Assembly (NCBI GenBank): GCA_964506755.1
Contig: CAZDMH010000014.1
Coordinates: 107,459 to 139,458 of the forward strand
DNA: 32,000 nucleotides
Source of the DNA: an uncultured Spirochaetales bacterium
GTDB taxonomy: Bacteria; Spirochaetota; Spirochaetia; DAHUYW01
Reading direction: 5' to 3'
Under the pieces are notes generated by a model. It made no database searches. It saw only the letters and a list, made by a program, of their open reading frames with translations, and was not told the DNA's origin. Within the stretch, counting starts at the first letter, position 1. Each line of letters opens with the position of its first letter. The translations under genes were made by a program, and so were the position numbers. Positions 8,861 to 17,439 of this stretch are shown one piece after another.

Positions 8861-10113
8861 CTCGCCGGCCTCGCGAGCAGGGGTTCGATCCGTTGTCGAA
8901 AAATCGCCCGCCACGTCAGGTCGGTGCGTACTCTGAGGCGAAAGGCGGCGATCGGGTTTGAACGGACGAACGAGAGAATACGGTCGGCAAGCGTCCCGGG
9001 ATCCAGGTTGGGATCGAAGATGAAAGCGCTTTCGCCACCGAGCTCCTCGGCCGCCGGTACGGCGGTGCAGACAACCGGGATTCCGAGCAGACCCGCTTCG
9101 AGAATCGGCATGCCGAATCCCTCGCGGTGGCTGGGCATAAAGAGAAGGTCGCAGGCACGGTAGAGCTGTGCCACCTCTTCCATCCCTATCAACAGAGGCT
9201 GCCCCGGCACTTCCCCGGATTCATACACGAACCGTATCTCCTCCTCGACACCGAGCTGAGACCTGAGCGCTCGCAGTGAATCGAAGTAGCGCATGCTGGC
9301 GGGGTCATGCGGGTCGGGCGGACCGGTAATAACCACCCGCGGATCGGCGCCGCGTTGCTTCAAAGCCGCGGATAGCCGAATCGCGTACTCCACATTCTTC
9401 GCCTCGGTTACCCTGACCGGCATGAGCAGACTGAGCCCGCAGTCGAGCAATCCGAGCCGCTCCACGAGAGCCAGCCCGACGCCCGAAAGCCCGAATAGAA
9501 TCGATGCGTCGACGCCGTTGTACACGACGGAGACATCTTCTTTCTCGCATCCGAGCAATCCCGCCAGCTCCACCTGCCTTCGTTCCGAGATGGTCACGTA
9601 GGTGACCCTTGCTAATCGGGTCCGGAGGAGATCCCAGGGATAACCCTCGTGAACCTTCGGACGGGAGTGGTCGCTCGTCCAGGTGAAGTCATGACACCAC
9701 GCGAGACAGCGGAGGGAACTGTGGTGCTCGAGAATCTCTGCAAGCGCGGCGGTGAAGGGTAGGTTGAAGTGCTTCGTGAACACGTTGTGAACGATGATCG
9801 TCTCGGCCCCTTCCAGCGCCTCTTCGAGCATCTGTCGGAGCCGAGCTCTGAAGGGCCCGAAACCTTCGGGGATCCTTCCCTCTTCGAGCTCTCGCGAAAT
9901 CGAGAGAACCGCCGGATGCTGGGAATCCAGCTCCGGGAGACGTATGAAGTCGACTCCCACGGGCAGTGCGTCGGCGGCGCCCTGCCCGCTAACTACCCTC
10001 ACCGGATATTCGTGGCCGATGAATGACTCCGCCTGGGCCCTCATGACGGCCTCCACACCGCCGACGACCGGAGGTGAGGAGTAGTGAACGATCGCGGTCA
10101 GCGGCTTCTCCAT
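8857..10113 (-). CDS. GT4-family (GT-B fold) glycosyltransferase, acceptor unknown
   Basis: E-x7-E motif EGFGMPILEAG, and N-terminal AIVHYSSPPVVGGVE typical of GT4. ATG 10113 has GAGG 6 nt upstream. The alternative GTG 10125 would give a GTGA overlap with the GT20 stop. Confidence 0.8.
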   Translation of the reverse strand: MEKPLTAIVHYSSPPVVGGVEAVMRAQAESFIGHEYPVRVVSGQGAADALPVGVDFIRLPELDSQHPAVLSISRELEEGRIPEGFGPFRARLRQMLEEALEGAETIIVHNVFTKHFNLPFTAALAEILEHHSSLRCLAWCHDFTWTSDHSRPKVHEGYPWDLLRTRLARVTYVTISERRQVELAGLLGCEKEDVSVVYNGVDASILFGLSGVGLALVERLGLLDCGLSLLMPVRVTEAKNVEYAIRLSAALKQRGADPRVVITGPPDPHDPASMRYFDSLRALRSQLGVEEEIRFVYESGEVPGQPLLIGMEEVAQLYRACDLLFMPSHREGFGMPILEAGLLGIPVVCTAVPAAEELGGESAFIFDPNLDPGTLADRILSFVRSNPIAAFRLRVRTDLTWRAIFRQRIEPLLARPAR

Positions 10114-10121
10114 GCTCCGCC

Positions 10122-11630
10122 TCACTTCCTCAGGCTGAAGACCGTATCGAGTTGCTGCTCCATCCAGTGAAAGATATCCTCCCGCTCGACTACCCTTCGC
10201 AGTTTGCCGATGAGCTCCGCTCGCTTCTCGGGTCCCATGGTGAGCGCCTCTAGAAGAGCCTGGTAGGTCGAATAGACATCGCAGGGTGGGATTATCAATG
10301 CCCCCACGTCGAGCTGTTGGCGGGCCCCGGCGTGTTCCGAAAGTACCAAAACCCCGTCGCGTTCATTGACGATCGGCCCCTCCTTGGCGACCAGATTCAT
10401 ACCGTCGGCGATGGGATTGACGAGCAGGATATCGTAGCGTCTGAGGGCTGCGATGGCCCGCGCGTAGTCGTCGCCGACGAGAAGACGTATCGGTTCCCAT
10501 CCGCTGTGGGTGAAAGCCGCGTTGATCCGCCCGACAACCGCCATAACCTCGTCGAGGTAGGTCTGATATTCCTCCATCTCGAGCCGTGAGGGCACGAGGA
10601 TGGAGAGAAACTGCAGGCGCTCCCGGTACTCAGGATGGGTCGACAGCAGCTCCTCGAAGGCGAGAAATCCTCGAACGATGTTCTTGCTCGGTTCGATCCG
10701 TTCGATACGGACAATGAGCCGACGATCTCCGGTAAGTGATGAAATCTCCTCGAGATGTGCGGCCACCTCCTCCGACTGCGCTTGCTTCTTGAGGGACTCG
10801 ACGTCGATCGAGATCGGATAGTCGCGCACGTGGGTAATATGGTCCTTGTAGACGACCTGCCCCGTGCGATACGAGACGCGTGAATGGTGGAGATGTGACT
10901 CGCAGGTCCGCAGGAAATTGAGGGCGTCGAGCCTCGTCTGAAACCCGAGCACATCGACGCTGCACAACCCGTCGAGTATGGCCGTCCGCATCGCAGACGG
11001 AAGGATATGCCAGTACTCCGGCCCCGGCCATGGTATGTGGATGAAGTGCAGGAGGCTCGGCTGACGTCTTCCCCTGAAACCCTCGCGAATGTTTCTCCCG
11101 ACGAGATAGAGATGGTAATCCTGAATCATGACGAGCGGCCGACTCCGGGCCGCTTCGATTTCTTGAACGACCGCTTCTGCAAAGAGGCGATTGACTGCAA
11201 CGTAACCTTCGTTCCATGCGTGCCAGGTCGTCCGATCGATGATCGGCTGCTTCGGCACATCCCACATAGAATGCTGGAGAAACCAGAGCAGAGGATTCGC
11301 GATGATGCTGTAGTACCCGTGATAGGCTTCCTTTGACGGTCGGAGGAGCTTCAGCCAGAGTTTCCCACCGGTCTCTCCCAACTCTATATCGCCCTCGCCC
11401 CACCGTGAATCCGCCGCCTTACGGGCACAGGCGATCCACCTCAGCTCCGTTCTTCTGCTCAAACCCAGAAGGGCGGTAACAAGCCCTCCCGAGTTGCGTT
11501 CCGGAACTATGGCTCCGTCGTCTGCTTCGAGAAAGGTCATTGGACCGGCGTTTGCGACGACGATGAGTGTTCGCCGCCCTAGGCGCCCCGTCTTGGGCCG
11601 GCTTGACGCTGCGGCCCTAGGTCTGATCAA
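10122..11630 (-). CDS. otsA: GT20-family alpha,alpha-trehalose-phosphate synthase (OtsA)-like; a GgpS-type specificity cannot be excluded by eye
   Basis: Aligns by eye along its length with E. coli OtsA as I recall it: IVVANAGP, NPLLWFLQH, MIQDYHLYL, FIHIPWPGPE, VDVLGFQT, RIEPSKNIVRGF, PIADGMNLVAKE, VLVLSEHAGA. The track start ATG 11684 overlaps the upstream gene by 68 nt. The in-frame TTG at 11630 is preceded by GGAGGAGGGA and overlaps by only 14 nt, so I prefer it. Confidence 0.8.
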   Translation of the reverse strand: MIRPRAAASSRPKTGRLGRRTLIVVANAGPMTFLEADDGAIVPERNSGGLVTALLGLSRRTELRWIACARKAADSRWGEGDIELGETGGKLWLKLLRPSKEAYHGYYSIIANPLLWFLQHSMWDVPKQPIIDRTTWHAWNEGYVAVNRLFAEAVVQEIEAARSRPLVMIQDYHLYLVGRNIREGFRGRRQPSLLHFIHIPWPGPEYWHILPSAMRTAILDGLCSVDVLGFQTRLDALNFLRTCESHLHHSRVSYRTGQVVYKDHITHVRDYPISIDVESLKKQAQSEEVAAHLEEISSLTGDRRLIVRIERIEPSKNIVRGFLAFEELLSTHPEYRERLQFLSILVPSRLEMEEYQTYLDEVMAVVGRINAAFTHSGWEPIRLLVGDDYARAIAALRRYDILLVNPIADGMNLVAKEGPIVNERDGVLVLSEHAGARQQLDVGALIIPPCDVYSTYQALLEALTMGPEKRAELIGKLRRVVEREDIFHWMEQQLDTVFSLRK

Positions 11631-13422
11631 CCGTCCCTCCTCCCTGAAGCACGAGGTCGATGAAGAGCGCCGCAGTCCAGCCAAACGCGTCGGCTGCAGT
11701 TGCCTGAGGTTGGCCGGTCATAGAATCATAGTATTCGTAGATGCTCGGGTTCTGCGATACGAGTCCGACGGTCTTTTCCAGAAGCTCTTTGGCCATACGG
11801 TGCTCGCCGACCGTGCGCAATGCCTCGATGAAAAAGTAGTTTACGTTGACCCAAACCGGTCCTCGCCACATCACCGTCGGTTCGTAGTGCGGATCGTTGC
11901 GAGCTACCGATGGGATGGGATAGTCCCCCCAGAACTCCTTCGGATCGGCAAGATGGGCTATCAGGCGCTTGCTTAAGGAATCAGGCAGCTCACCGGTCCA
12001 GAGAGGGAACAGGCAGATGGGAGATACCACCGGTATCGGTTTACCTTCGCAGCTGGGCCGAAAGAGGCCCGAATCCTCGTCCCAGAGATCCTCGATCATG
12101 CGTTTGACGATTGCCTTGGAGCGCTTTCGCCACATGGCAGCATCCCCTTGGAGGCCAAGCGCTTCTGCGATATCCGCGAGCGATTGCATCTGAACACACA
12201 GATAGGTGTTGAGATCAGGGGATTCGACCGGCATCCCGTAGTCCCATGTAGGGTTGTCGTCCATACCCGATGAGTAGGGGTGGTTGTATTGAACGAGCCC
12301 GTCGACGTCATCGTCGTTCATACTGAACCACCACGCGTTCCACCGGACGAGCGGGACATAGATCTCACGAAGAAACTCCAGATCGGGCGCAGACTCGTGA
12401 AGCTTGATCGCAGCCCACGCCAGGATCGGAGGCTTCGTTACCTCGGCGTAGATTGGGTGATCGATCGATGCAACGACGCCCTCATCGAATATCGCGTCCG
12501 GCAGCATCCCGTCTTCCAGCTGATTCGCGAGGATCGCCCGGATTTGATTCCTGGCGAGCTCGATGTCGGCGTGTCGATAGGCAAGCGCATGCATCGCGTT
12601 GTCCCAGAGCCACAGGCCCACATAGCTGGTTTTGGACGGCATCATGGCCTCGTGGGTCACCTTGCCTCTCGGGCTGATCAAGTTGTTTGCCATGATCCAC
12701 CAGGCGAGCGCGTAGGTCGGACGGTGGTCCTCCGGCACGTCGGGCACCCGATTGAACCATTCGAGCCATCGCGAGCGGGCGGCTTCGAAAGCGGCAGAGA
12801 AGGGCGCCGGAGGCTCGAATGATTCACCGTTCTCGCCGATCGAAACCTTGATCATGTCGTCTTCGCCCCCTGATACTACGAAGTCTACATGATAGCCGCC
12901 GCGGTCGGGAAGAATCTCATTCCTCTCGACCCTCCCGTTGGTTTCATAGTGCAGATTCTTCACACCCTTGAATGCGCCGCCGTCTCTCGTCTCAGTCCAG
13001 TAGAGCGGGGAGACGTGAAAGCTCAGCCCCAATCTGGAGCCCTGCGGTATGCTGAAAGCGAGAGTGTTGGGCGATTGGAAGACCAGACCGATTTTCCCGT
13101 GCCCGTTCGGAAAATAGAGTACGTACGGATGGGTCTCCGGCACGAGCTTGACCGGCTCGCCGTCTTCCCCGGTCAGTCGCAGATCACTGATGAAGGGGGG
13201 ACGTTTCAGGTAGGCCTCGACATCCGGCTGAAGGTGGACCAACCGTTCAGCAAGCCGGATTAGAAGACTCCCTCCATGTTCCGCAAGATAGATGAGGAGA
13301 CGCGAGCCGCGGTCGCTGAACGGAATGGCTCGAATATCGATTCGGTTCTTCAAGAGGTCGAGGTAGGCGCTGCCCTGCCCCTCTTTCTCGGCGTCTATAC
13401 GCCGGGGCTCGTCAATGTTCAC
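11617..13422 (-). CDS. GH63-like (alpha/alpha)6-barrel glycoside hydrolase (mannosylglycerate/glucosylglycerate-hydrolase- or trehalase-like)
   Basis: 601 aa. The C-terminal catalytic region carries VGLWLWDNAMHALAY, YNHPYSSGMDDNPTWDYG, MWRGPVWVNVNYFFIEAL and AFGWTAALFIDL, the pattern I associate with GH63/MGH-type and related trehalase-like barrels. The N-terminal ~250 aa look like a beta-sandwich. GTG start at 13422. Confidence 0.75.
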   Translation of the reverse strand: MNIDEPRRIDAEKEGQGSAYLDLLKNRIDIRAIPFSDRGSRLLIYLAEHGGSLLIRLAERLVHLQPDVEAYLKRPPFISDLRLTGEDGEPVKLVPETHPYVLYFPNGHGKIGLVFQSPNTLAFSIPQGSRLGLSFHVSPLYWTETRDGGAFKGVKNLHYETNGRVERNEILPDRGGYHVDFVVSGGEDDMIKVSIGENGESFEPPAPFSAAFEAARSRWLEWFNRVPDVPEDHRPTYALAWWIMANNLISPRGKVTHEAMMPSKTSYVGLWLWDNAMHALAYRHADIELARNQIRAILANQLEDGMLPDAIFDEGVVASIDHPIYAEVTKPPILAWAAIKLHESAPDLEFLREIYVPLVRWNAWWFSMNDDDVDGLVQYNHPYSSGMDDNPTWDYGMPVESPDLNTYLCVQMQSLADIAEALGLQGDAAMWRKRSKAIVKRMIEDLWDEDSGLFRPSCEGKPIPVVSPICLFPLWTGELPDSLSKRLIAHLADPKEFWGDYPIPSVARNDPHYEPTVMWRGPVWVNVNYFFIEALRTVGEHRMAKELLEKTVGLVSQNPSIYEYYDSMTGQPQATAADAFGWTAALFIDLVLQGGGTVDQT

Positions 13423-13575
13423 TGTAACTTCCCGGTTTTGTGATTTGTTCGTTATAGTATGGGACTGTGGGAAAAGGGTACCATGCGCCTCGAGTGCTCG
13501 TAAACCGGGCCGCGGGGAATGCGCGCGTTCGTCTGAACATCAGGCGAGCGATATCCAGCAGAAGAGGAGATTTCC

Positions 13576-15006
13576 GTGAAAGTACTCATCATTCATTTTC
13601 GCTCCGGACCGGGTGTCGGCAACGACAGGGAAGCAGCTATCGATGCCGGTGAGTCGGCCGGGACGGACGGAGTGTCACTCGAAATGGCCAAACGAGCGAA
13701 GCTCCTTGTGGAGATGGGCCACGAAGTGGCGATCGCCTCGGCCTACGGCTGGGCGGACATTACGATACCGGAGCTCGAGTTCGAACGCAGGGAGGTGGTC
13801 GGCCTCATGCGGGGGTTGTTCGACCCCGCACGGAAGGGTGATGAATCGGCCGACCGAATCAGGGCCAAGAGCGCGAAGAGTGCCGCCAACCTGCTCGACC
13901 GATTGCGGGAGGAGATCGGGGGCTACGCTCCCGATCTCGTCTTCGTGCACAACATCTTCTCGCTTCCGATTCATCCGGCAGCCACGATTGCGCTCGCCGA
14001 TTATATCCGAGAGAGCGGGATCCCGTGCGCCGCCATTCACCACGATGTTCGGAGCGAAGGCGCCTACAAGTTCACTCCGACCTGCTACTACGCACGGCGG
14101 GTCCTGGTCGACTACTTCCCTCCCGAGATGCCGAACCTGCGCCACTGGTCGATCAACAACCGAGACCGACGGTTCTTCGAGGAGCGTGGGATACCGACCG
14201 AGGTGATTCACGACACACTCGATTTCGCGGACCCGTTCGAGAAGTCTGAACGGGCGGCTCTTCGCCGACGCCTGAGACAGCTCTGGGGGGTCGGGGAAGA
14301 GGAGGTTGTTCTTCTGCTCTCCACCCGGATTGTTCCCAATAAGCAGGTCGAGCTGGCCGGAGCGCTGTGTCGTGAGGTTGCGGCGCGAATGAGCACGTAT
14401 GAAGGCAAGAGGCTCTACAACGGATTGAGAGTCTCAGAGAAGACGAAAGTCGTCCTCGTTCTTGCCGGACGGCCGGAGCGCTCGTTCCATCAATACCGCG
14501 ATGCAGTGTTCGAGCAGTTTCGGCGGATGGGAATTACCTGGAAATATGTCGGTGACGCAGTCATGCCGCGAAGAAATGAAGGCTCAGGCAAATTTGCGCT
14601 CTATCCCGACTGCTACGCCGCCGCGGATTTCGCTCTCTACCCGACCCGGTGGGAGGGGTTCGGCAATCAGCTGTTGGAAATCGCGGCCTCCCTGCTCCCG
14701 GTTGCTGTCTTCGAGTACCCGGTGTTCAAAGAGGACATCGCGCCGCTCGGGTTCGCGGTCGTCTCACTCGGCGATACCTCACTGAAGCCAAAGGGTGCGA
14801 ACGGGCTCCGCGAGCTGCCGACAAAGCGCCTGTCGGACGCCGCCGAAAGAATCTGGGAGCTCCTCACCGACGAGCGGCAGTATCAGGAAGTCGTAGAGCG
14901 CAATCAAGCGCTCGGTTCACGCCATTTCGGGCTGCAGGTGCTGAGGGAGCATCTTGAGGAAGTTACCGAATGGGCAGCTCACTACGATCGAGGCAAGTCG
15001 AACTAG
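13576..15006 (+). CDS. GT4-like (GT-B) glycosyltransferase, second copy, divergent from the GH63/GT20/GT4/HAD operon
   Basis: 476 aa. E-x7-E motif WEGFGNQLLEIAAS, and VFVHNIFSLP / AIHHD resembling the VHNVFTKH / WCHD of the other GT4. GTG start 13576 has GAGGAG (13564-13569) 6 nt upstream. Confidence 0.75.
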   Translation: MKVLIIHFRSGPGVGNDREAAIDAGESAGTDGVSLEMAKRAKLLVEMGHEVAIASAYGWADITIPELEFERREVVGLMRGLFDPARKGDESADRIRAKSAKSAANLLDRLREEIGGYAPDLVFVHNIFSLPIHPAATIALADYIRESGIPCAAIHHDVRSEGAYKFTPTCYYARRVLVDYFPPEMPNLRHWSINNRDRRFFEERGIPTEVIHDTLDFADPFEKSERAALRRRLRQLWGVGEEEVVLLLSTRIVPNKQVELAGALCREVAARMSTYEGKRLYNGLRVSEKTKVVLVLAGRPERSFHQYRDAVFEQFRRMGITWKYVGDAVMPRRNEGSGKFALYPDCYAAADFALYPTRWEGFGNQLLEIAASLLPVAVFEYPVFKEDIAPLGFAVVSLGDTSLKPKGANGLRELPTKRLSDAAERIWELLTDERQYQEVVERNQALGSRHFGLQVLREHLEEVTEWAAHYDRGKSN

Positions 15007-15986
15007 CCCGCCGCCTCTCCGGTGTCCCCTTCCGAGCCGGAGGCAACGTGGATGCCGGACCCCGGCCTCCGATCCGGACCGGTTTTCGTCGGCGCACCGC
15101 CCTCGCCTGAGGCATTCGATGCCCCCTCGCGGGCCTGTTGAACATAGCTCTTGAGCGGTTTGAGAAACTCCATCAACTCCATAGGGAAGAAGTACTTCGT
15201 CGACGGGCTTGCTCCGATCGTTTTCAAGGCATCCAGATACTGAAGAGCCATCGTCTTGGTATCGACGCCCTTCGCCGCACCGAATATCTTCTCGAGCGCA
15301 AGCGCGAACCCCTCGGCCTTGAGAACTGCCGACTGGCGCTCTCCTTCAGCCTTGAGAATCATCGACTGTTTGTCTCCCTCGGCGACGAGAATCGTAGACT
15401 GCCGTTTGCCCTCCGATTCGGTAACCATCGCACGGCGGTTTCGCTCGGCCGACATCTGCCGGTTCATCGCGTCCTGAATGTCCTTCGGCGGGACAATCTC
15501 TCGGATCTCGACGCTCGTCACCTTGACGCCCCAGCGCTCCGTGACCTCGTCCAGCTTCGCACGCAGCACTCGGTTGATGTCCTCGCGTTTTGCGAGAACG
15601 TCATCGAGCGGGATATCGCCGATAACGGCGCGTAGAGTCGTCGTGGCGATCCCCTGGCTCGCGCCGGCGAAGTTGCGAACCTGTATGACCGAAAGCGCAG
15701 GATCCATCACGCGGGAGTAGATGAGAAAATCGATATCGATGGGGGCGTTGTCCTTTGTGATGCAGGTCTGCCGTGGTATCTCGAGGTACTGCTCCCGCAG
15801 ATCGGCCCAGACGGCACGATCGACGATCGGTATCAGAAAGACGACCCCCGGCCCACGCGCCCCGACCGAGCGCCCGAGGCGAAAGACGACGAGCCGCTGA
15901 TATTCACGAACGACCTTGAGTGACGATAGGACAATCCCCACGAATGCGAGCACCGCAATGGCCCAAAGCACGATTCCCAATGACAT
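15003..15986 (-). CDS. SPFH/band-7 stomatin-like protein (slipin)
   Basis: 327 aa. N-terminal TM, then VREYQRLVVFRLGR...GPGVVFLIPIVD...ITKDNAPIDIDFLIY...RWGVKVTSVEIREI and an AEG-repeat coiled coil. GGGAGGGAG SD. The stop overlaps the convergent GT4-like stop by 4 nt. Confidence 0.9.
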   Translation of the reverse strand: MSLGIVLWAIAVLAFVGIVLSSLKVVREYQRLVVFRLGRSVGARGPGVVFLIPIVDRAVWADLREQYLEIPRQTCITKDNAPIDIDFLIYSRVMDPALSVIQVRNFAGASQGIATTTLRAVIGDIPLDDVLAKREDINRVLRAKLDEVTERWGVKVTSVEIREIVPPKDIQDAMNRQMSAERNRRAMVTESEGKRQSTILVAEGDKQSMILKAEGERQSAVLKAEGFALALEKIFGAAKGVDTKTMALQYLDALKTIGASPSTKYFFPMELMEFLKPLKSYVQQAREGASNASGEGGAPTKTGPDRRPGSGIHVASGSEGDTGEAAG

Positions 15987-16008
15987 ACTCCCTCCCGCTG
16001 CCGTCTCT

Positions 16009-16722
16009 TCAGAGCTTCCGCATGACGACCAGATGTACTCCCTTTACATCCACAACGTCGATTTCGTCCCCTTTCTTGATCTCGTCTCCGATCGAGGTTG
16101 CGCTCCACTCCTCGTTGGCCACCCGTACGGTTCCGGTGGAGCCTACGTCGGTCAGAGCGACACCGGGCTGCCCGACGAGCGTCTCGCTGCCGACGGTGAT
16201 CTTCCGCCTCTGCGCCTTCGCACCTATAGCTACTACCGCTGTCAGCACGCCCCCGAGAAGCACGGTCATTGCCCCGATGAGGAGCGGCGAAATCCTGGTT
16301 CGAGCGGAGAAGGGAGGGTTCGACGGGAAGAGGAGAAACGAGCCGACAAGCAGGGCGACGATGCCGCCGGCGGTCAAGATCCCGTGGGTGGGCGCCTTGA
16401 CGTCCACCACGAACAGAACAAGGGAGAAGAGTATGATCAGGACCCCCACGAAGTTCACAGAGAGAGCACCGAGTGCCACGAGCGCAATCAGAAGCGAAAG
16501 CCCGCCGATGATTCCCGGAAGCCCTATCCCTGGCATCGAGAGCTCCACCGCGATTCCGATGATACCGATAACGAGAAGAACGTAGGCGAGATTGGGATTG
16601 ATGAGATCGGCGAGGAATCTGGGAAATACGGACTGCATGTGTCCACCGGGCTCTTGGGCGAACAGGAGGCCCGCTGAAAGCACGAAGAGAAACGAAACCG
16701 CAAGACACGACGCACGTTTCAT
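16009..16722 (-). CDS. NfeD-family membrane protein (membrane region plus C-terminal OB domain; no ClpP-like protease domain)
   Basis: 237 aa. Signal-peptide-like N-terminus (MKRASCLAVSFLFVLSAGLLFAQEP), several TM helices, and C-terminal GTVRVANEEWSATS...GDEIDVVDVKGVHLVV typical of the NfeD OB fold. It lies directly upstream of the stomatin gene, the canonical pairing. Confidence 0.85.
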   Translation of the reverse strand: MKRASCLAVSFLFVLSAGLLFAQEPGGHMQSVFPRFLADLINPNLAYVLLVIGIIGIAVELSMPGIGLPGIIGGLSLLIALVALGALSVNFVGVLIILFSLVLFVVDVKAPTHGILTAGGIVALLVGSFLLFPSNPPFSARTRISPLLIGAMTVLLGGVLTAVVAIGAKAQRRKITVGSETLVGQPGVALTDVGSTGTVRVANEEWSATSIGDEIKKGDEIDVVDVKGVHLVVMRKL

Positions 16723-16767
16723 TTGCTTGCCTACATCCAGTATACTCCCAAAAACGTCCTACGGCGA

Positions 16768-16995
16768 CTATTTGTTTTTCTTGAGCCGAGGGGATTCTTG
16801 GAAGGCCGGACAGTGTTTCCCGGTGGACTGGAACACGAGGGTGCTCGGCATATCACGCGACTTGATCCCGAAGACCGAGCAACTGCGCGGGAAGCTCGGA
16901 TCCCAGGAAACGTTGAAGAACCGGCATTTCAGACAGTTGGGGGCACGACGCGGAAACTCGAGGCTGTCTCTGCCTCCGGAAGGGTCCGCGATCAT
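16768..16995 (-). CDS. Small Cys-rich protein (CxxC...C...C), function unknown
   Basis: 75 aa: NCLKCRFFNVSWDPSFPRSCSVFGIKSRDMPSTLVFQSTGKHCPAFQ. Four Cys are spaced like a metal site. GGAG lies 9 nt before the ATG, and the gene sits 19 nt downstream of the DUF302 gene. It resembles a small conserved family I cannot name with confidence. Confidence 0.5.
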   Translation of the reverse strand: MIADPSGGRDSLEFPRRAPNCLKCRFFNVSWDPSFPRSCSVFGIKSRDMPSTLVFQSTGKHCPAFQESPRLKKNK

Positions 16996-17014
16996 TTCCC
17001 CGCTCCAGATAGGC

Positions 17015-17401
17015 TCAAAGCGACTCTACCACCCCCCGGAGCTTTGCTTGTACCTGGTTCGCCACCTCCGCAAGAGCCGGATTGACGACCGCCTGCATCG
17101 AAGCGATCGGGTCGACGGCCGCTACCTCGATTTCCTCGTCCGTAACTTGCTGAACGATGACGTTGCACGGCAGCATCGTCCCGATCTTGTTCTCGATCTC
17201 GAGCGCCTTGTGGGCGAACTGAGGGTTGCAGGCTCCGAGAATCTTGTAGGGCTTCATGGAAACGCCCAGTTTCTTCTTCATCACTGCGGGAACGTCGATT
17301 TCAGTCAGGACGCCGAAGCCTTCCTTCTTGAGAGCTTCAGTGACCCGGTCGATTCCCGAATCGAAGCTCGTACGAATCCGCTTCGAAAAATAGTAGCTCA
17401 T
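17015..17401 (-). CDS. DUF302-domain protein
   Basis: Start moved to ATG 17401 (MSYYFSKRIRTSFDSGIDRV...), preceded by GGAGGG. GFGVLTEIDV...KPYKILGACNP...MLPCNVIV is the typical DUF302 pattern. Confidence 0.8.
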   Translation of the reverse strand: MSYYFSKRIRTSFDSGIDRVTEALKKEGFGVLTEIDVPAVMKKKLGVSMKPYKILGACNPQFAHKALEIENKIGTMLPCNVIVQQVTDEEIEVAAVDPIASMQAVVNPALAEVANQVQAKLRGVVESL

Positions 17402-17439
17402 CTCACATCCCTCCTGTACGTGATCAAAGATTACTGCGT

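Noticed and set aside
10630-11403. 257-aa same-strand alternative-frame ORF inside the GT20 gene, and similar ORFs (10397..10954, 21240..21854, 21740..22564, 31188..31892)
   Set aside because: All lie within genes that have strong homology-type evidence in another frame or on the other strand. Their low-complexity Arg/Ser/Pro composition marks them as artefacts.
13423-13575. Possible divergent promoters (TATAGT / TATAAC-like hexamers near 13452-13460) between the GH63 operon and the second GT4 gene
   Set aside because: I found no acceptable -35 partner at 16-18 nt spacing on either strand. The region is surely regulatory, but specific elements cannot be supported.
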